DNA of 64,000 bases, taken from the NCBI GenBank assembly GCA_958296135.2, contig CATQHZ020000001.1, positions 4,832,001 to 4,896,000 on the forward strand. Reading direction: 5' to 3'. The notes under the pieces were generated by a model. It was not told where the DNA came from, searched no databases, and worked only from the letters and a program-made list of their open reading frames with translations. Positions 50,753-60,052 of this stretch are shown here, piece by piece. The translations under genes and the position numbers were made by a program. The DNA comes from an uncultured Poribacteria bacterium (GTDB lineage Bacteria; Poribacteria; WGA-4E; WGA-3G). Within the stretch, counting starts at the first letter, position 1. Every line of letters begins with the position of its first letter.

Positions 50753-51166
50753 ATGTTGCGAAAACATCGGCAGGTTCTCATCGTCATCATGGGCATCGTC
50801 TACGTCTATACCGTCTGCCCGCTTCTCTGTGCAACTTTAGAACAGAAGTTGTGCCACAGCCAGCAGGCGGAGGCGCAAGCCTCTTGCTGCCAAAAGACGG
50901 AAGCAGCATCCGAAACTGAAACGCCACCCGAAAATGGCGAACTGTGCTGCATCACCGAACTGGAACTCATTCTTCCAGCAGACGATACCTTCAATAGGCA
51001 CGAACTGCCTCTCAATACGATAGGCGTGCTCAGCGAGCGCGATACCGTGATTGCGCAGGTTGTGCAGCAGACTTCTCGCGCACTCTCATTGCCGCATCAT
51101 CTCCTACATCCTGCTCCCCCGAATTATATCCTATCCCGTCGGGGGCCTCCGTCTACCCGTTCTTAA
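50753..51166 (+). CDS. Cys-rich exported leader peptide with a C-terminal RGPP arrest-type motif (DUF2946/CruR-like)
   Basis: Hydrophobic N-terminus; CPLLC, CH, CC and CC; ends SRRGPPSTRS. Confidence 0.75.
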   Translation: MLRKHRQVLIVIMGIVYVYTVCPLLCATLEQKLCHSQQAEAQASCCQKTEAASETETPPENGELCCITELELILPADDTFNRHELPLNTIGVLSERDTVIAQVVQQTSRALSLPHHLLHPAPPNYILSRRGPPSTRS

Positions 51167-51272
51167 GTCGCGCTTTTTTCGCGCGCGTCACTTTCTCTTT
51201 TAACGCACGGGTTCCTCGTTCTATGGCACCCGCGCGCTAATTTTAATGAATTACGGGTTAAACAGACGGAGG
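51146..51272 (+). promoter_or_regulatory. Putative translational attenuator (anti-SD pairing)
   Basis: CCTCCGTCT 51146-51154 is complementary to AGACGGAGG 51264-51272; ACCCGT 51155-51160 is complementary to ACGGGT 51253-51258. Confidence 0.65.
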
Positions 51273-51280
51273 AAATAAAG

Positions 51281-52303
51281 ATGCAACCCAGAAATTTCAC
51301 GCTTGAAATCAAGCACTATGTCGCCATCTTGGCGATAGTCTCCCTCGGCTTTCTCTCCCTCATCGGGATAAGCCTCGCCGAAGAATACGCTGGCCACGAT
51401 GCGCACCGCGGGCATCAGGCTCATACCGCCGCGGGCATCAATGTCATGCTGCATAGCGAACCGGAAACCGTTCAGGTGGGAACGTCAACGAAACTGACGT
51501 TCCACCTCACCGATGAAAACGGCGAACCTGTCACCGATTTGTTGGTGCATCACGCACGAGTGCTCCATATTCTCGTCGTCAGCGAGAATTTAGGTATCAT
51601 CGGACACATTCACCCCGAAGATTTTGAAGACCGGGATGTCATGGAGGAATTGGAGGGACGCTATACCGTCCACTTCACGTTCCCTGCCGCGGGCCGCTAC
51701 ATTCTCGCCATCGACGTGATGACAGCAGATGCCGAATTCGCGAAATATGTCTACGTTGAGGTCGAGGGCGAATCGAAAATGGGCGAGATGGTTCGCGATT
51801 TCCGCACGGAAAAACCTGCCTTCGGCTATACCGACGAAGGCGGGGACAGATACACAAAGGCGGTATCGGTAACCGATAGCGATTCCGACGCGGCGTATTA
51901 CGTCAAAATGGACGCACCCGACCGGATTAAAGCGGGTGAGAGCGTTCATATCGCTTACCATTTTTCGCGCGATGGGAAACCGCTCACAGACCTGGTGCCG
52001 TTTTTGGATGCACCAATGCACTTCGCAATTGTAAGCACGCGCTTGGACGGTATCATCCATACGCACGGCAGCGTGCCAGCCCCGCACGCGGGCCACAAAA
52101 TGATGCAGCAACGCAACGAACATGCAGCACATCAGAAGCCCGCATCCCGCGGTCACGAGCACCACGGCGGGCTGCCCGATACATTCGGGCCCACCGTGAA
52201 TCTGATGACAACGTTCCCGCAGTCCGGCATTTACCAAATCTTCGGGCAACTCAAGCATGAAGACCGGATTATCTGGTTGAACTTCATGGTTGAAGTGGAA
52301 TAA
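51281..52303 (+). CDS. His-rich periplasmic heavy-metal-binding protein with two Ig-like domains
   Basis: Signal peptide; HHARVLH..HIHP and MH...HTH motifs; FP..GRY and FP..GIY. Confidence 0.8.
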   Translation: MQPRNFTLEIKHYVAILAIVSLGFLSLIGISLAEEYAGHDAHRGHQAHTAAGINVMLHSEPETVQVGTSTKLTFHLTDENGEPVTDLLVHHARVLHILVVSENLGIIGHIHPEDFEDRDVMEELEGRYTVHFTFPAAGRYILAIDVMTADAEFAKYVYVEVEGESKMGEMVRDFRTEKPAFGYTDEGGDRYTKAVSVTDSDSDAAYYVKMDAPDRIKAGESVHIAYHFSRDGKPLTDLVPFLDAPMHFAIVSTRLDGIIHTHGSVPAPHAGHKMMQQRNEHAAHQKPASRGHEHHGGLPDTFGPTVNLMTTFPQSGIYQIFGQLKHEDRIIWLNFMVEVE

Positions 52304-52439
52304 TACCACCGTAGGCGCGGTTGCAAACCGCGCATACGGGAACAGTGTACCCGGGAGGCGCGCTTTGGACGCGCGCAGCAACGAAATGCACGGTTGCAAA
52401 CCGTGCCTCCCGGGGCATGACGCTGAAGGATTACAAAAC

Positions 52440-53528
52440 ATGATAAGTACACGAATTTTATTGGCACTCCTCGCCATGCAACTGATTGTTCTTCCGTACG
52501 GCTTCGCGCAAGAAAGCTGAGGCGCGTGAAGCAATCCCGCCATTCCGCGTAGCGGGATAAGTGAAGTCAGTTTGACTTCAAAGGAGACAGAAAAATTTCA
52601 GGCCGCACTCGGTATGATGCGATGGTTTGACGGACAAGGCGGACATCTCGAAGCAAAAGGGGTTTCGCCTACCGGAGAAGTGATACCTGTCCCTTTGCAC
52701 CGGCACCACGTCACCCTGAACATCCTCCGCATCGATGTTGGGTTAAAATACCAATTCAACTCCGGCTGGATGCTAGAAGCGATTGTGCCGTATGCGATTA
52801 AGGCGCAAGAGGCAACAGTGGAGAAAATTGAAGGCTATCCCATCACCGATACCGAAATGGATGCAATTTTGCGGAGCCGCGATAACCATCATCGAAGCGA
52901 AACCTACACGGGACTCCAAGACGGTGAGGTGTTGCTCGGCTACAACGCGCAAGGACTTCTCCAAAAAAGCGATGTTCTCGCCGCACGCCTCGGCACAACA
53001 GTGCCACTTGGAAGCACGGAGGCAAACCCATGGGAACTCGGTGAGAAGGGGCTGAAGCATCTCCATATCCAGTTCGGCAGCGGCACCTTTAACCCTATTG
53101 CTGAGCTCTCTTATCGCATGCGGCTCTACGGTGGACTCACCGCGAATGTGAACCTTCGCGGCAAGTTTCCGTTCTACGCAAACAGCAAAACCTATCGCGG
53201 TTCAAGGGAACTCACCTATATGGCAGGCGTGCAATACCGATTTACCGATTGGCTCTCTCTGCATGCCAGCTACCTTGGATTCTATCAATCCTATGCATTT
53301 TGGGCAGGGAAACAAGACATTAACAGCGGGCTCCGTTACAGTATTGCATCACTTGGCACTACTGTCAGAACACCTTATGATGCCACGCTGTTGCTAACCG
53401 TCGCGTTACCGTTGCAACAGGAGACGCTATACGACGACAGCAACGCGTTTTTAGACGGAACGTATGCGGAAAGCGACGCATTTGAATTCGGTCCGTTGGT
53501 TTCGTTAACGGTGCTCCACGCATTTTAA
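52440..53528 (+). CDS. Exported beta-barrel-like protein with an N-terminal UxxU (two in-frame TGA codons), probable selenoprotein
   Basis: GAAGGA RBS; signal peptide ending GFA; QES-TGA-GA-TGA-SNP continues in frame into the 52572-53528 ORF; C-terminal Phe. Confidence 0.72.
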
Positions 53529-53539
53529 GGAGATGACAG

Positions 53540-54502
53540 ATGTTTTCTCGAATTTACCGCGCCGCTAGCACAGGGACCCTCCTCGTGCTAGCACTTCTCG
53601 GAAGCATGCTTTCCCAGGGTACAGAGGCGCATGAAACAGAATGGCCGGGACAGAAACTCGCCGCCATCTTCCCGAAGGCGAAGAAATTCGTTCAACGGAG
53701 CGCGGTACTCACACCCGCGAAGAGTGCCGCCATTGAGAAGGAATTAGGCACGAAGCTTCGCGCCGAAGACCAGAAGCCGGTCTTCTACATCCCGATGAAC
53801 GACAAAAAGAAGCCGATGGGATTGGTGCTGTTCATCGACGTACTGGGACCGCGAGGCGTTATTGATGGCGCAGTCGGCCTGGATATGAAAGGCAAAGTGG
53901 TGAAGGTGGCTGTCTACAACCACAACGAATCGGATGCTGTGGTGGCAGACGCATTTCTGAATCAGTTCATCGGCACGGATATTGATAGCACTTTCAACAT
54001 TGGCGAGGACGTGACAGCCGTCGAAGGACACGAGGCCGCGTCGAAAGCCGTCGCCCTGCTCCCGAAAAAGACGCTGGCGATGAGTTACGCGCTCTTCCTC
54101 AAACGCAAACCGAAGCCGAAAAAGGCACCGCACCCTGAACCCCCAACGCCTGACATCAAAGACCTGGGGGAACTCATGATGTTGATGCTAGATGCCTATC
54201 TCGAGGTCGCGGCTTACTTTGACACCGGCGAGGACAAGGCGAAAGCCGTCGCAGCCGCTGAGCAGCTGGCCACCTATGCAAAGCGTATCTCTGACTTTGA
54301 ACCGCCAGAGAACGCCGAGCAGACAGAGGCATACGCCGCCCTGCACGGCACGTTTGTCGAAACGCTCACACAGTTTGCTGAGGCACTTGAAAAAGATGGG
54401 ATTTCTGATGAGACGCGCGCACAGTGGGAAACCATTGAGGAACTCGTCAATCAGGCGCACCACCGGTTTAGTGGGAAGGAAATCGAGCTGGAGGCGTATT
54501 AA
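53540..54502 (+). CDS. Exported FMN-binding-like domain plus helical bundle protein
   Basis: Signal peptide ending TEA-H; G..G.I...VGLD..GKV..V.V...FL.QF.G pattern. Confidence 0.7.
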   Translation: MFSRIYRAASTGTLLVLALLGSMLSQGTEAHETEWPGQKLAAIFPKAKKFVQRSAVLTPAKSAAIEKELGTKLRAEDQKPVFYIPMNDKKKPMGLVLFIDVLGPRGVIDGAVGLDMKGKVVKVAVYNHNESDAVVADAFLNQFIGTDIDSTFNIGEDVTAVEGHEAASKAVALLPKKTLAMSYALFLKRKPKPKKAPHPEPPTPDIKDLGELMMLMLDAYLEVAAYFDTGEDKAKAVAAAEQLATYAKRISDFEPPENAEQTEAYAALHGTFVETLTQFAEALEKDGISDETRAQWETIEELVNQAHHRFSGKEIELEAY

Positions 54503-54669
54503 ACCTTAATCCCGTTTCACTTTTCCATAGGGCGGGGGCCCGGCGAGCGCTAATCGCCGAGGGTTCCCCCCGCCATGCACTAACATCTCTTCATCGCGTA
54601 GGGCGAGGGCCCGGCGAGCGCGAATCGCCGAGGGTTCCCCTCGCCAAGCGTTCTACGATAATAACCATC

Positions 54670-56193
54670 ATGCGCAAAATAACCTTCATTTCCTTACTCA
54701 CACTCCTCTTCTGGGGCGGCATCGCTGAACATTCGGAAACCTTCGCTTTGCCGGCGTTCTACAAAATGTTCCGCGCCAAATATGGATGGGCAGGTGGGTG
54801 CAACGTCTGCCATTCCTCGAAAAAAGGCGGCGACACACCGAACCCCTACGGCAAGGCGTTCCTCCACAACGGCATGAATCTGTCTACCTTCACCCGCATC
54901 GAAGAGGAAGACTCCGACAAAGACGGCTTCAGCAACATCGTGGAGCTCGTCGCCCGCGCCTATCCCGGCGATGCCGCCAGCACCCCCGAAAACGTCCCGC
55001 CAGTCGCTGATGCAGACGAAACAGACGAGGAATTGGCACTCGATGACGAAAATGTCTTTAGTTTTGACGAACCGGCCGCGGAAACCGAAGAGGCAGGCGG
55101 CCTGAATCTCCTCAGCGATGCCTTCGGAAACCTCGTCTTCGGCGGCGCATTGGATATCCGCCGCATCACGCGCGGACAAGATTTACTGCCAGACCGCGGT
55201 AACTGGGACACCGGCACAACGCTCATCCACGTCGCTGAATTCGTCGTGACGACGAGTGTCGGCGAGCATATCAGCATATTGGGCGAGCAACTGTTGACGA
55301 CTTCTCCGCTTGGAACGCAGGTTGCCGATGACCACGGGTTTGTTTACGCCATCCTGACAGGGCTACCGGTTTTACCGAAGGGCGCGGCACTCAAAATCGG
55401 GCGATTTCGGCACACCTTCGGCATTGATACAAAATCGGATGCCGCCGCGAACCCACTCTACAACCTCGTCCGCAAGAATCTCGGTTTTATTTCTGACCGG
55501 GGGATGCAACTCAACGGCTACGCCGGTCCTGTATCGTATGTGCTATCCCTCGCCGATGGTCCTGATTCACTTCGCACCGTGCCGGCGGGAACTGTCTCAT
55601 CTGGGATACGCATTGGCCCGCATGGAAGCGGCGGGGGTGTGCTGAAACCGATTCGCAATAACAGCCCGCCTGTATTCTTGCATCTGAACGGAAACCTGTC
55701 GCTTTGGGGCAAACGCATCTGGCTTGGCGCGTCCTACTTCGATGGCAATAGTTATCCTTTCAATCCCATGAACGGCGATGTGAACCCATCAACACTCGTC
55801 TACAAACGCCGCGTCGGTGTCGCGACAAATTTCAAGGTGTGGCGATTTGACATTGCAGCGGAGTACTCGCGCGGCACCGATACGCAACTCCTGAAATATA
55901 CGGAAAATCCGAGCAGCGCGACGGTGGAGGGATGCTATCTGCACGCCGAACTTCCCTTGACAGAAACCCTAGACGTTCGATTAAAATATGATATATGGAA
56001 TCCGCATACGGAAGCGTATGGGACATTTGTTTTTAACCGAGAACCGGCAGACGAGGTGTGGACAACCCTCGGCGGCGCATTCACGTGGCACTTTACGGAG
56101 GGCGCGGTCGCACGGCTCGTTTACCAAATCAACAACGTTGAAAAGCCGACGCGCAGCGCGGCAATCATCCCACAGCTTTTGGTAGAATTTTAA
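54670..56193 (+). CDS. Monoheme cytochrome c fused to an outer-membrane porin (Cyc2-like architecture)
   Basis: ALPAF...CNVCH...PNPYGKAF..NG; DSDKDGFSN Ca-binding motif; beta-barrel region ending in Phe. Confidence 0.75.
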   Translation: MRKITFISLLTLLFWGGIAEHSETFALPAFYKMFRAKYGWAGGCNVCHSSKKGGDTPNPYGKAFLHNGMNLSTFTRIEEEDSDKDGFSNIVELVARAYPGDAASTPENVPPVADADETDEELALDDENVFSFDEPAAETEEAGGLNLLSDAFGNLVFGGALDIRRITRGQDLLPDRGNWDTGTTLIHVAEFVVTTSVGEHISILGEQLLTTSPLGTQVADDHGFVYAILTGLPVLPKGAALKIGRFRHTFGIDTKSDAAANPLYNLVRKNLGFISDRGMQLNGYAGPVSYVLSLADGPDSLRTVPAGTVSSGIRIGPHGSGGGVLKPIRNNSPPVFLHLNGNLSLWGKRIWLGASYFDGNSYPFNPMNGDVNPSTLVYKRRVGVATNFKVWRFDIAAEYSRGTDTQLLKYTENPSSATVEGCYLHAELPLTETLDVRLKYDIWNPHTEAYGTFVFNREPADEVWTTLGGAFTWHFTEGAVARLVYQINNVEKPTRSAAIIPQLLVEF

Positions 56194-56281
56194 CTGTTGC
56201 TACGTGGGCACCGTTTCACCGTAGCGCGAGGGCTTGTCCCTTGCCATGCCACACACAAAACCTTATTTGATTGGAGAACCT

Positions 56282-57655
56282 ATGAAAAATTGGATTTTAC
56301 TGCTCACAGGGAGCCTGTTAATCGGATGGACGCTAGCGGCGACGGCACAGGTGCAGCCGCCCCGGCGGAAACAGCGAATGTTAGTCAATACCGCTGCGAA
56401 GAAGGAGAAGACGTTCACGGTGGACATCGGCGAGAGCCTCAAAGATATTGCGAAGCGCGCGACGCAGCACTCCCAAAACTCAAAAGTGGACGTGGTGTTC
56501 GTCGTTGATGGCGGCTGGCGCATGGGCAGCGTGATTGCGGAATTGGAGAAGCACCTCGTTGAAATGCTCGGCGTAATAGAGCAGAAAACGATGGACTACC
56601 GATTCGCACTCGTCGGGTTTCAAGCGGTGCAAGGTGAACCGCGCGTCTCGCTGCATCAGTGGCAGTCAGACTACCTCGGCGTTGAAAACGCGCTGCGGGA
56701 AATACGGGTGAAATCCGGCAATAACGTTGAGTCCGGCTACGGATTAGACGCGCTCATGAAAGGTTTGAACGAATTTGAGTTCCGAACGGATATCGCCACG
56801 CAGCTCATTGTGGTGAGCAATTCGCGGATGCGCACTTCATGGCCCGAAGCAAAGGCGAAAAGCAAGGTTGCCGAGCAACTCATCGCCTTGTGCCATCAAA
56901 ACAATGTCCATCTCAACTTCATCGGCATTAGCGAAAAGGTTCAGGCGGAACTCACTGACGAAACCGGCGGCAAGTGGTATCCGGTCGATGCCACTCAGCG
57001 GCCGATGAGCGGACAACGGATTCGGAGCGGCGATACCATTGCCGACAAGGCACTGCTCCGCATCGATGGCTTGTTCAAACGCATCGCCGAAAATCTGGTT
57101 GAAAGCCGACCCGGCAAAGTGGACGTTGTCTTCGTCTTTGATTACAGCCGCAGCATGGAGCGCAAGGTAGCCGCGGCGTGTGATGGCATAGACAGGATGG
57201 TCTCCGTGTTTAACGCCGCGGGGATTGACTACCGGTTCGGGCTCATCCGATTTTGGGCCGGTATCGGCGGCGGAGAGAGCACCGTCGTTATAACCAAACC
57301 GTCGTTGGAACCGCAACAAGTGAAGTCCCTCTTCCGGCTCCCGAAAATGGGAGACGAGCATCTGCTTGATGCCATCATGGAGGGCGTTCCGAAACTTCGT
57401 ACACCGGCAGAACGCGAGTTGGTGCTTGTCATCGTCACCGATGAAACGACGAGCCAACGGACAGACAAGGGATATACCGCGGGGAAAGCGATTGCCGTGT
57501 GCCGCGGCGCGCGGGCGCGGGTTTATGTCATCGGCGGCGTTTCTTCCATGTCCAGCAAAACCCTCGGCGATAACTTCCAACGTCAAGTCGCGCAATTAAC
57601 CAAGGGCATCCACTACATTATGCCGGGTGCTACTATCGCCGACCCGAGACGGTAA
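56282..57655 (+). CDS. Secreted double vWA domain protein, paralog of 6152-8347
   Basis: DVVFVFDYSRSM and GDEHLLDAI.EGVPK shared; first MIDAS degenerate. Confidence 0.85.
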   Translation: MKNWILLLTGSLLIGWTLAATAQVQPPRRKQRMLVNTAAKKEKTFTVDIGESLKDIAKRATQHSQNSKVDVVFVVDGGWRMGSVIAELEKHLVEMLGVIEQKTMDYRFALVGFQAVQGEPRVSLHQWQSDYLGVENALREIRVKSGNNVESGYGLDALMKGLNEFEFRTDIATQLIVVSNSRMRTSWPEAKAKSKVAEQLIALCHQNNVHLNFIGISEKVQAELTDETGGKWYPVDATQRPMSGQRIRSGDTIADKALLRIDGLFKRIAENLVESRPGKVDVVFVFDYSRSMERKVAAACDGIDRMVSVFNAAGIDYRFGLIRFWAGIGGGESTVVITKPSLEPQQVKSLFRLPKMGDEHLLDAIMEGVPKLRTPAERELVLVIVTDETTSQRTDKGYTAGKAIAVCRGARARVYVIGGVSSMSSKTLGDNFQRQVAQLTKGIHYIMPGATIADPRR

Positions 57656-57691
57656 TTTTGTAGCGGCGCAACAAACTGAACGAGTTTGCTA

Positions 57692-58660
57692 TCATTCCTC
57701 CGCGGCCTTTTTGGCATGGATGGCGATGAGCGCGAAACAGGTAGACTGCAAGTTGGCTGTCGGGCCGCTGAGCTCTACCGGCGTATCGCTGACGAAACCG
57801 CCATCGGCTTGCCGCGCTTGGATTAAATAGTTGATGGCGACGCGACGCGTATTGAGCGGGTCCGCCCCCGCGGCGAGTGCCATAATCGCCGCGGCAGTTA
57901 CCTCCGCATCGCTCGGCTGCCCCTTGTATCTCCCGAACCCGCCATCGTGGTTCTGCATCTGCTTCATCCATGCGATTTGTGCATCAATGTTGAAGATAGG
58001 AGCCAAGCCTTGCAACACCCACGCTGTCACAAAAACGTCTGAACGGGGACTCGGATACAGCGACCAGCCCCCATCGGCGTTAATCCGTCCCGACAGCCAG
58101 TGGCACCCTTTAGCAAGCCACGGAATGTCTTCGTCATTCGGATTGAACCCGCGCTCAAATTTTAAATCGAGCCTTTTAAACCCCGCGAGGATGGCAGCGG
58201 TATAGAGGACGTTACTGGGGCTCCTTGCTTCTCGTCCCCAACTCCCAACCGGGTTTTGCGCGGCTCTCAGCCAGCGGAGCCCTTTGAAGCGCGCGTCCGC
58301 GTCTGTCTCGGCAGCAGCCAAGGCGATAACAGCAAAGATCGTGTGTGCAGTGTTGTTATTCCAACTGCCGTTCTCGTGTTGCGCGTGCCGCAGGTACGCA
58401 ACACCCCGACGGATAACCTGCGAACCGGTGCCCCACCCAGCATCGATTAACGCCCGGATTGCGAACGCGGTAATTTCCACATCGCTCTCGCCGGCTGGTA
58501 CAAGCGGCCACCCGCCATCGCGATTTTGATGCCGGACAATGAACGCCTTTGCGTCATTTATCGTCTCGTAGAGCGGCGGAGCCTCGGCAAAGGCGTGCGT
58601 TATGCAGAAGACTAACAGCAACACCGTGAGTCTGCTTTTGTGATTTTTCATCTCTTCCAC
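57692..58660 (-). CDS. Prenyltransferase/squalene oxidase repeat protein
   Basis: Repeated Q..DGGW/F units; signal peptide. Confidence 0.85.
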   Translation of the reverse strand: MEEMKNHKSRLTVLLLVFCITHAFAEAPPLYETINDAKAFIVRHQNRDGGWPLVPAGESDVEITAFAIRALIDAGWGTGSQVIRRGVAYLRHAQHENGSWNNNTAHTIFAVIALAAAETDADARFKGLRWLRAAQNPVGSWGREARSPSNVLYTAAILAGFKRLDLKFERGFNPNDEDIPWLAKGCHWLSGRINADGGWSLYPSPRSDVFVTAWVLQGLAPIFNIDAQIAWMKQMQNHDGGFGRYKGQPSDAEVTAAAIMALAAGADPLNTRRVAINYLIQARQADGGFVSDTPVELSGPTANLQSTCFALIAIHAKKAAEE

Positions 58661-58733
58661 CTCCTCATGATTTTCCGCAGTGCCTCAGGACGGTTTCGTG
58701 ATGAGCAGCACCACACATTCTGGAGAACCACAT

Positions 58734-59864
58734 TCAGACAGATGTATGCGGTTCAATAACCACTTTGTAAACGCCTGCTTGCCCGAGCATGTCAAGGCCG
58801 GCTTCCAACTGATGCAACGGCAGGTGATGCGTGATGAGTTCCTGCAACGGCGCACGCGTTCGCTGGAGGAAATCCAACGCTGTCTGAAACTGGATTTGCG
58901 GATATGCCCATACGCCGCAGATATCCACGTCTTTGTTGCAAATTTGGTGCGGCCGCACGCGCGTATCGCCGGAATCGGTGTAATGCCCGACTTCCACGAC
59001 TTTCCCGCCGCGCCGAACGACATCCAAGGCTTCGGAAAAAACCGCAGGGATTCCCGCGCACTCCATAGCAATATCCACGCCGACACCATCTGTGAGTGCC
59101 TGAATCTGTTCCACGCGCTCTTCAGCGGTAGTCTCGGCGACGCTGATTGTCACATCGGCCCCCATCCGCTTTGCCATCTCCAAGCGGCTACCAACCACAT
59201 CTGTGGCGATGATAGTCCCAGCACCGCTACCCCGCAACACCGCGATAACCAGCAAACCAATCGGACCACAGCCGAGCACCGCGACGCGGCTCCCGATGCC
59301 GAACCCATCGCCGATATGCGGAAGCCCCGGCGAAAAAGCGCGTTCAACGGCGCGCGTTGCAACCGCTACCGGCTCCGTCAACACCGAAATCCCCATCGGA
59401 ATACTGTCCGGAATTTTGTAGACCCAGGAGTTCCCGTGAATGTAGGTATATTCTGAAAATTCGCCTGTCAGATAGGGCGCGTTTTCGCAGTTGCTAAACC
59501 CATAAATCGTGCGGCCGGTGCAGAGCGTCGGGCGGCCGGGGACCCGGAGGCAGTAATAGCATCTACCGCAGTTTTTAGAGCCCGGCACGACGGTAACCCG
59601 GTCGCCCGATGTAATGGGGCCACCCATAACATTCATTGTTTTGTTTGCATGCTGCCCTATCTCCGCCACGGTGCCAACGACTTCGTGCCCGGGAATCACT
59701 GGAAATTTCAGTGCCGTGTGGCCGAGATACATGTGCTTATCGCTGCCGCAAATGCCAACGTTATCGACTTGCAGCAGAAAAGCGTCAGCTGTCGGTGTCG
59801 GTTTCTCAAATTCGCGGATTTCTATTTGCCCCGGTTGGAGCATTACCGCCGCTTGGACTTGCAT
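58734..59864 (-). CDS. Zinc-binding alcohol dehydrogenase (MDR family)
   Basis: GICGSD, GHE, CGRCYYC..C and GCGPIG motifs. Confidence 0.93.
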   Translation of the reverse strand: MQVQAAVMLQPGQIEIREFEKPTPTADAFLLQVDNVGICGSDKHMYLGHTALKFPVIPGHEVVGTVAEIGQHANKTMNVMGGPITSGDRVTVVPGSKNCGRCYYCLRVPGRPTLCTGRTIYGFSNCENAPYLTGEFSEYTYIHGNSWVYKIPDSIPMGISVLTEPVAVATRAVERAFSPGLPHIGDGFGIGSRVAVLGCGPIGLLVIAVLRGSGAGTIIATDVVGSRLEMAKRMGADVTISVAETTAEERVEQIQALTDGVGVDIAMECAGIPAVFSEALDVVRRGGKVVEVGHYTDSGDTRVRPHQICNKDVDICGVWAYPQIQFQTALDFLQRTRAPLQELITHHLPLHQLEAGLDMLGQAGVYKVVIEPHTSV

Positions 59865-60052
59865 AGTTCAGTCCCCTTTCGGATGGTAAGGGCGGCCATG
59901 GCTATGAAAAGTTATAGCCGCCCAATTGGCTGAAGTCATACCAAATGACGTTGATGCGTATCACCTCTGTCGGGAAACCAGTTCGCCCGATCTGGCCCGT
60001 TCAGGGTGCGGCGCACGCATCCCGAACTATTTGATTCATTTGATATCATATC

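Noticed and set aside
1546-52529. Genome-wide TGA reassignment to Trp or Gly
   Set aside because: TGA ends many complete genes (25641, 36706, 40242); read-through is needed only at Cys-like positions
52572-53528. Independent gene starting at TTG 52572 or ATG 52614
   Set aside because: It would lack a signal peptide; the upstream in-frame RBS, ATG and signal peptide fit better
53540-54502. Covalently flavinylated RnfG/NqrC-type protein
   Set aside because: The [S/T]GA[S/T] motif is absent (AVEGHEAAS); only the fold-level similarity is kept
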